Shown piece after piece: positions 57,569 through 64,000 of a DNA stretch of 64,000 nt. The DNA is from Marsupella aquatica (Eukaryota > Plantae > Marchantiophyta). The stretch's first letter is position 1; every line of letters starts with the position of its first letter. The DNA lies in the NCBI GenBank assembly GCA_973895155.1, contig OZ316898.1, positions 6,559,079 to 6,623,078 on the forward strand, read 5' to 3'. The notes beneath the pieces are model-generated. The model worked only from the letters and a program-made list of their open reading frames with translations. It was not told the origin of the DNA and did no database searches. The position numbers and the translations under genes are program-made.

Positions 57569-58017
57569 GATTGTTTGAAAGATGGAGTCTTCTTAAAGAC
57601 TTTTGCGATAGTAGCGCCTGGCGCTACCGCCATCGGAGATTGAAGGTGTTAGGTTGTAGTCTCGGTTCTCCATGTTTTCTTGCGAGCTTACTACATCCCA
57701 GTTCTTTAGCCGTTTTTCTGCTCGCGGTATCTCTTAAGATTTTGTATTGTCGTCGGGCTTTGTGTTTTTGCTACCATGTAACACACATTTTAAAGTAGCG
57801 CCAGGCGCTACTAATATACTTGGCATTTTTATACACCCTTTTTATTGATGGATGTCACAAATATTGTGTAAATTTCCTCACTTATTTTACTGTTACCATT
57901 TCCTGTTTCCTGTTACTGTTTCCTGTCACGGCGAAAAACCTCTGTTCTTGCTCGTGTTCCTTCTGGCTTGTGTTCCTTTTGGCTTGTGTTCCTTCTGTTC
58001 CCGCTCGTGTTCCTGCT

Positions 58018-58656
58018 ATGTCGACCCTTGAGGATGTGCGAATTGCAATGAAGGAGCGGCCAGATAGCGTCATTGGGCCAATCCCGGTATATGTTTGTAA
58101 CTTTCACTCTGATTTCCCATGGCCCAAAAAGTTCACTTACAGAGGTTGCAGGCATGGCATTGGCGGTGGTTTGGTTTGTGGGAAGTCCATTGAGGCAGCA
58201 GAGCAATGCAAGCACGACCCACTGGTAGACGGTAACAATTGTCATTTGTATAGGTTCAATATTTGCATGGTGGATGCATATGAGAACACTGGGCCATTCA
58301 AGGCCACTATCTTTCAAGTTGCACGAGAGCTTGTGGACATGACTGCTGACAAATTTGTAGAGTATGGTACCATTCGCCAACTTGAAACAATGCACCAGCA
58401 AATTTCTCAGATCCCATACTGTCTAGTGTGGATTAAGGCAGGACGACACTCTGCTGTTGTGAATAAGCTCGTTGTTGAGATGTGGCGATGCCCTCCTAGT
58501 CGTGCCCCTGTGAGAACAAGAGTTGAGAAAGTGATCAGCAAAAGCAATCTTGTGGATGCTGATGTCCTTATGCAGCAATTGGAGGTGACTACAACAATGA
58601 TTTCAAAGTTTTGTTTGTCCACCATCGAATCCACCGAAGACTCGAAAGGCAAATGA
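58018..58656 (+). CDS. RPA70 C-terminal-like OB-fold/Zn-ribbon protein, intronless, probably TE cargo
   Basis: From the ATG at 58018: FTYRGC..VCGKSI..QCKH..LYRFNICMVD..TGPFKATIFQVARELVDMTADKF matches the pattern Y-x-x-C..C-x-K..YR-l-x-x-x-x-x-D-x-TG..T-x-F..A..l-x-G-x-(S/T)A of RPA1 DBD-C-like domains. Confidence 0.6.
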   Translation: MSTLEDVRIAMKERPDSVIGPIPVYVCNFHSDFPWPKKFTYRGCRHGIGGGLVCGKSIEAAEQCKHDPLVDGNNCHLYRFNICMVDAYENTGPFKATIFQVARELVDMTADKFVEYGTIRQLETMHQQISQIPYCLVWIKAGRHSAVVNKLVVEMWRCPPSRAPVRTRVEKVISKSNLVDADVLMQQLEVTTTMISKFCLSTIESTEDSKGK

Positions 58657-59700
58657 TAGGGATATTGTGTCATGCAGAATACGTTTTGGTTGTTGTATTC
58701 TTGTTATTTCTTGAAGAGATTGGTGGTTTGGTAAGATGATTTAGTGTCATTTAGCATTCTCCGTAGCTTCAATGATGAACAATTCGCATTTCAGATGAGT
58801 ATTGGGGGAGCCCTTCAGTTGCATAATTTTGAAAACCTGTATTGTGTAATGGGTATTTTCTCTTGCGTTATGAATAGAATACAACATTGTTTATGTATTC
58901 TCTGATCTATCTGTTATGTAACACGTTGCAACATTCTTTTGTATGTTGAGAATACAACACAGAATACTACATGGTTTATGTATTCTTTGAATTCTATTTC
59001 ATGTAACACGTCTAGGTTGCGCCTGCTTTGCTACTTCATTGCTAGGGTTTAGGGTGCATGATCAGTTGCGCATATGCCTTATCTTTGGCGAGGGTTTAGG
59101 ATTTTAGAGAGATGGCGGCCGATGAGCGAGGAGGATTGTTTTAGGGAGGGATTCCACTATTGGAGCTCGCAAATCGATCGATCGATTTAGGGAGCTGGTG
59201 AAGGGGGATCCCTGGGAATCACTCATTGGATTATTAGAACGGGGTGTGAACAAATGAAGGTTATTTTTAATCTTGTTAGAGTAATAATTATAATCAAAAA
59301 CTTATACTAAAGGCATTTAAAAATCCAATTTTGGTAAAAAAATTAGTTTTTATGTTCATGAAGGTATTTAAGAATTGTCAAAGTCATGTTATAAATGGTA
59401 CAAGGGTATATTTAATTGAATTTATTTTTAAATTTATTTTTTCAAATTGGGAGCTGGTGAAGGGGGATTGCAAGCGATTGGGAGCGATTGGGAGTGATCG
59501 ATTGGGAGCTGGTGAAGGGAGCGCGCGATTAGGAGTGAGTGAGTATAGAGCGATTCAGGGAGCTGATGCTGGTGAAGGGGGACTGTGAAATCACTTGGGA
59601 TTGCCTATCGGGTGATTGGAGTGAGTGTCGAATGATTCAGAGAGATCAAGGAGTGAACATTGGGCAGGTCGGTTGGGTTTTGAACCCAACCAAGGTAGTC

Positions 59701-62656
59701 ATGGTGCCCCATGCCAAGAAACTAACATTGGCAAAGGAGGGACAACATTTTCGATACCGTGTAGGCGAGCAGGGGAACCACGTATTCAAGTGTATATGCG
59801 CCGGTCATATATGCTCCTCGCGGTTTCTCTTCGTTCAAGTTGTTTCAAACTCACTTGAGCACCAAGCATGGCCAAAAACTCCCTGCTGATTTGTTGCAGC
59901 CAGGCCTGCCTTGGTTGAGTTCAAAACTCAACACCTCTCGTCCCGGCAAGAAACCACAGAAATGCAGCAGCAGCAGTGGTAAGAAGACGGAAGGTGCGTC
60001 ATGGATTCGATTGCGGTCGACTGCCAAGCTAAGATGGCAAATGACAAAGCAGCGCAAAAAGAATCAATTGAATGTGGACTATTGCATTTCAGTTCTGGGG
60101 AAGAGGGAGCCATCGGTTCCATCGAAATCGGTGCTTGTTCGTCTCATTAAGATCTACCACATTCGTCCAAAGGAGAAGAGTGACTGGGGCTGCTTGGTAG
60201 ACGACAGTTTCTTTGAGATGTTGTAGGAGCATGTCAGCTCTGCTCCTATCACCAATGCTGTGTATCACTGGGCCGAGCATGTGCAGCAATTGCCTGCTCA
60301 GTTGCCTGTGGATCAAAAGTTGCATGCTTTGCAGGTTGATTGTCGACTATTACAGGTACTTTTTCCGCTGAGAGATGTCCCTGCCCAGTCTGTCCAACCT
60401 TCAGCAGGTGAGGAGAGTAGAGAACTCATTGTTGCAGACGCCTTGGAGTTTTTGAGGAAGAAAAGGGAAAGTTTGTTGTGGAAAGTTGGAGCAAAAGAAA
60501 TCGATTTTGACCATGCCTATCCAGACTATGTGAAGTGGAAAAATGAGCAGAAGCATCTGTCAATTGTCACAGCCGGTCGGAATTGTGTGAAAGATTACAT
60601 AGGTGATGGCATGTCACAAGAAGAAGCAGAGGCAGCGGTACGTAACACAATCATTTTACTTGCCTTTGCATTGTTGTGTATACTTCGCGCACAATGTTTA
60701 CACCAGTTTTCATATTGCAGGCTGGGGTTCACAAAGTGTGGGTTGATACCTCAGATGAGGAGGGGTATGAGCCCACCCCTGACAAGTGGGGATTAGATTA
60801 TCATGAGTCCTCTGATGAAGAAGACGCAACAGAGGTATAGTTCCTCTTCCCCTTCTGCCAATGATTTGTTTTGAATCTGCAGAGTTTGACAACATTGACC
60901 GGAATGTCTACAAAACTTCAGGTTCCTTTGAATGACAAAGTTGAAGCCAAAAAATCAGGGAAGAAAGGAAAGCCACGCAGGAAGCCAAACGAACCCAAGA
61001 AGCAGCCTCCACAGAAAATTACGCCTCCTGTTGACACTCAGGAAGCCAATGAGGTAAAATTTGCACTTCCAATGTAAGTATCCCATTTGTATACCGTGAT
61101 ATCAATGTATGCACGAGTGTATGCACGATGGTTTAGTGTTCTTAGCCCGAGTATTGCTTTTTGAGGTTCCTCCCAACAAAGAATCGAAGCCAACGAATCA
61201 AAGCGGAAAAAAAAAGAACCAAGAAATCTGTGGAGCCACCACCAAACGACAACACCACCCTTCCCGTAGATTCTCAGCAAGCTGACCAGGTAACGTTTAC
61301 AGATGAAAGTTCTTTGCAACATCTGTAAATAGTGTGGAGAATGTTTCCTATTTTATCAACACTGCAAGTTCAAGAGTAGGACATTATGTTGAATACCATG
61401 ATGTTAATGTATACTTACTGTTTGAATGTGCCTGTACTCTGAGTACTGCATTTTAGGTTCCTAAATCCCATGAAGGACCTACACCCAAACAATATGTAGA
61501 GCCACCACCGAACGGCAACACCACCCTTCCCGTAGATTCTCAGCAAGCTGACCAGGTAACGTTTACAGATGAAAGTTCTTTGCAACAACTGTAAATAGTG
61601 TGGAGAATGTTTCCTATTTTATCAACACTGCAAGTTCAAGAGTAGGACACCAATGTTATGTTGTATACCACATGTGATGTTAATGTATACTTACTGTTTG
61701 AATGTGCCTGTACTCGAAGTACTGCATTTTAGGTTCCTGAATCCCATGAGGGACCTACACCCGAACAATCTAAGAGGAAATCAAAGAGAACCAAGAAATT
61801 TGTACAACCACAGAAGCCCGCGCCTGAGGTAAACGTGTTTTCAATAGGCCAAGGAGGAACATTCCAGTGTAGACAGTGGTAAAAATGTATTCTATGTGTA
61901 CTTATTTGATTTAAACATGCAATCACCTTAGTTTGCAATGACAGGGACCAAAGGAAGGAGTGCAAGCAACAGCACCCCCAAAGACAGAAAAAAGTGAACC
62001 TAGACGTTCAAAGAGGAAGCAAACAACTGCTCCCACCGAAGAGAAAATTGCCCAAACAAAAAAAGACCAGAACTAAAACCAAGGTAAGTACAAATCATTG
62101 TGTACTATGTGGCCATATTGTATAGGGACTAAACACATGATTTGCTTGATACTGATTTCAGCCTTACAATTGCAGGATTCATCTAAACAAGTCCAGGATG
62201 TCAATGCACAACCAGCACCAGAGGGAGGTAACACTATTGATACTCAGGGTACTGCCCTTCCACCGAATGTGTCTGCAATCCCATCAGGAGAGGTGACTGC
62301 ACCGGTAGGGAGCACCTTCTATAATTGACTTTGGTGGCATGATTGATTGGTAAGATGTGTTTCTTTGCTGATTGCTTTCATATGTGAATTTGCAGGAGTA
62401 CCAAAAACCACCTAATGTGCAACCAGACCCATATGCAAGTAGACGTCGGAGAAAATTGACAGTTCGTGGGCCATTGGGCAAGGCGCAAAGTAAATTTGTA
62501 ATCTCGGGGTCTGTACCACAAGAGGTCACTGTGCAGGAGGACAATATTTTGGATTCCTTGCATGCATCACAAATTCTCAAAGACTGTAGCCAGGCTGATG
62601 TTACCTCTTTTCACACGGCAATCGATAAAATGATTAGTAATGTGGATGAAGTCTAG
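59701..62656 (+). pseudogene. Decayed multi-exon gene of unknown function (possible N-terminal C2H2-like finger; low-complexity K/P/Q-rich C-terminal exons)
   Basis: ORFs 59840-60226 and 60260-60638 are in frame across one TAG. FKCICAGHICS..FQTHLSTKH spans a frameshift. A series of short GT-AG exons runs to the stop at 62654-62656. Confidence 0.45.
61233..61765. repeat. Tandem duplication (~270 bp) of an exon plus intron
   Basis: gagccaccacc..cttcccgtagattctcagcaagctgaccag/gtaacgttt..tactgcattttag/gttcct occurs at ~61233-61490 and ~61499-61765. Confidence 0.85.
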
Positions 62657-62781
62657 GGTACAATTAGCAATATCCGAGGGATACTCTAGGGTACCAAGCC
62701 CTGTTTTGTCACCAATGTGTTCATGATAATAAATATGAAATGTTCCTGCATTTCTTGCTCTCTTTGACGACTATATAACAT

Positions 62782-64000
62782 GATCTGTTCCAAAATTGGT
62801 CATAGTAGATCTGTGTCTGGGATACAATATGTATGTTGTATTCACATTTTCTCTGACTTTACAACAAAGACGCCCCACTGTCGAATCCTTCCCACTGACG
62901 AAGATGCCCCTGCCTAAGCCTGCCCAAATGGACAAAACCTACGGAATTTGAACACATAAAACCCTTTTTCATGTATACGATTTGGACGTTGTATTCAGAT
63001 TTCACACTTGGAAAAAAAATTGTCCCTCCGACTTTACGAACACGGCCTCCGCCGAAGCCTGCCCAAATGGACAAAACCTACGGAATTTGAACACAGAAAA
63101 CCCTTTTTCATGCATACAATGTGGACGTTGTATTCCGATTTCACACTTGGAAAAACAATTGTCCCTCCCCTCCGACTTTACAAACACGCCCTCCGCCGAA
63201 GCTTGCCCAAATGGACAAAACCTACGGAATTTGAACACAGAAAAACCTTTTTCATGTATACAATGTGGACGTTGTATTCCAATTTCACACTTGGAAAAGC
63301 AATTGTCCCTCCCCTCCGACTTTATGAACACGCCCTCCAATGAAGCCTGCCCAAATGGACAAAACCTACGGAATTTGAACACAGAAAACCCTTTTTCATG
63401 TATACGATTTGGACGTTGTATTCACATATGGATCTGTTCCAAAAATGGTCATAGTAGATCTGTGTCTGGGATACAATATGTATGTTGTATTCACATTTTC
63501 TCTGACTTTACAACAAAGACGCCCCACTGTCGAATTCTTCCAACTAACGAAGATGCCCCTGCCTAAGCCTGCCCAAATGGACAAAACCTACGGAATTTGA
63601 ACACATAAAACCCTTTTTCATGTATACGATTTGGACGTTGTATTCAGATTTCACACTTGGAAAAAAAATTGTCCCTCCAACTTTACGAACACGGCCTCCG
63701 CCGAAGCCTGCCCAAATGGACAAAACCTACGGAATTTGAACACAGAAAACCCTTTTTCATGTATACAATGTGGACGCTGTATTCCGATTTCACACTTGGA
63801 AAAACAATTGTCCCTCCCCTCCGACTTTACAAACACGCCCTCCGCCGAAGTTTGCCCAAATGGACAAAACCTACAGAATTTGAACACAGAAAAACCTTTT
63901 TCATGTATACAATGTGGACGTTGTATTCCAATTTCACACTTGGAAAAGCAATTGTCCCTCCCCTCCGACTTTATGAACACGCCCTCCGCCGAAGCCTGCC
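62782..64000. repeat. Satellite with a ~144-bp subunit and a 649-bp higher-order repeat, running off the window
   Basis: aagcctgcccaaatgg (or a 1-2 nt variant) at 62916, 63055, 63199, 63343, 63565, 63704, 63848 and 63992; spacings 139, 144, 144, 222, 139, 144, 144. Confidence 0.93.

Larger units (their letters stand above)
47608..57810. repeat. Dispersed 15-bp palindrome TAGCGCCNGGCGCTA, 16 copies
   Basis: Starts at 47608, 47675, 49363, 49420, 51723, 51827, 51930, 52035, 53254, 54698, 54769, 55573, 55655, 56775, 57612 and 57796. Eight copies are perfect and eight have 1-2 mismatches. Confidence 0.92.
47430..57931. mobile_element. ~10.5-kb Mutator-like DNA transposon carrying a ParB-like/DNA amino-methyltransferase gene and dispersed palindromes
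   Basis: Perfect 16-bp inverted match CCGTGACAGGAAACAG (47430-47445) / CTGTTTCCTGTCACGG (57916-57931), with subterminal AACAGG/AACAGT repeats. It encloses a DDE transposase and all 16 palindrome copies. No clean TSD. Confidence 0.7.

Noticed and set aside
57820-58017. Hydrophobic N-terminal extension of the 278-aa ORF as a membrane anchor
   Set aside because: It is a translation of the TIR and T-rich repeats from a non-ATG start; the plausible start is ATG 58018.
59044-59100. TTTAGGG units as an interstitial telomere
   Set aside because: Only isolated 1-2 unit matches; at most telo-box-like motifs.
47761-60226. Premature stops all explainable by C>T as proof of methylation-driven decay (or of U-to-C editing repair)
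   Set aside because: Every stop codon begins with T, so the observation is trivially true without an ancestral consensus. Frameshifts also show real decay.

Overview
Eukaryotic, intron-containing land-plant DNA. A non-seed plant such as a bryophyte is my inference from gene and repeat style; the species cannot be determined. There are four ordinary host genes: nitrilase-family omega-amidase (1520-5617, -), ethanolamine-phosphate cytidylyltransferase PECT1 (10144-14828, -), a GRAB-domain golgin of GC3/GC4 type (31354-38600, +) and a small glyoxalase/VOC protein (40789-41731, -). Repeat-rich spacers between them hold solo-LTR-like elements, a MITE and tandem arrays. The main discovery candidate is a ~10.5-kb element (47430-57931) bounded by a 16-bp inverted repeat. 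It carries (i) a decayed Mutator-like DDE transposase with an N-terminal GCM/WRKY-like Zn finger and a C-terminal SWIM finger, (ii) a divergently transcribed five-exon gene fusing a ParB-like (DGNHR) domain to a prokaryote-type beta-class N4-cytosine/N6-adenine DNA methyltransferase fold, (iii) a third small decayed ORF, and (iv) 16 copies of the 15-bp palindrome TAGCGCCNGGCGCTA. The palindromes lie only in introns and intergenic DNA of the element, and four are phased ~104 bp apart between the divergent genes. The element appears nested in another element that encodes an RPA70-like OB-fold protein. The window ends in a 649-bp higher-order satellite. All calls come from reading the sequence by eye, with no database searches, and exon boundaries are approximate where stated.
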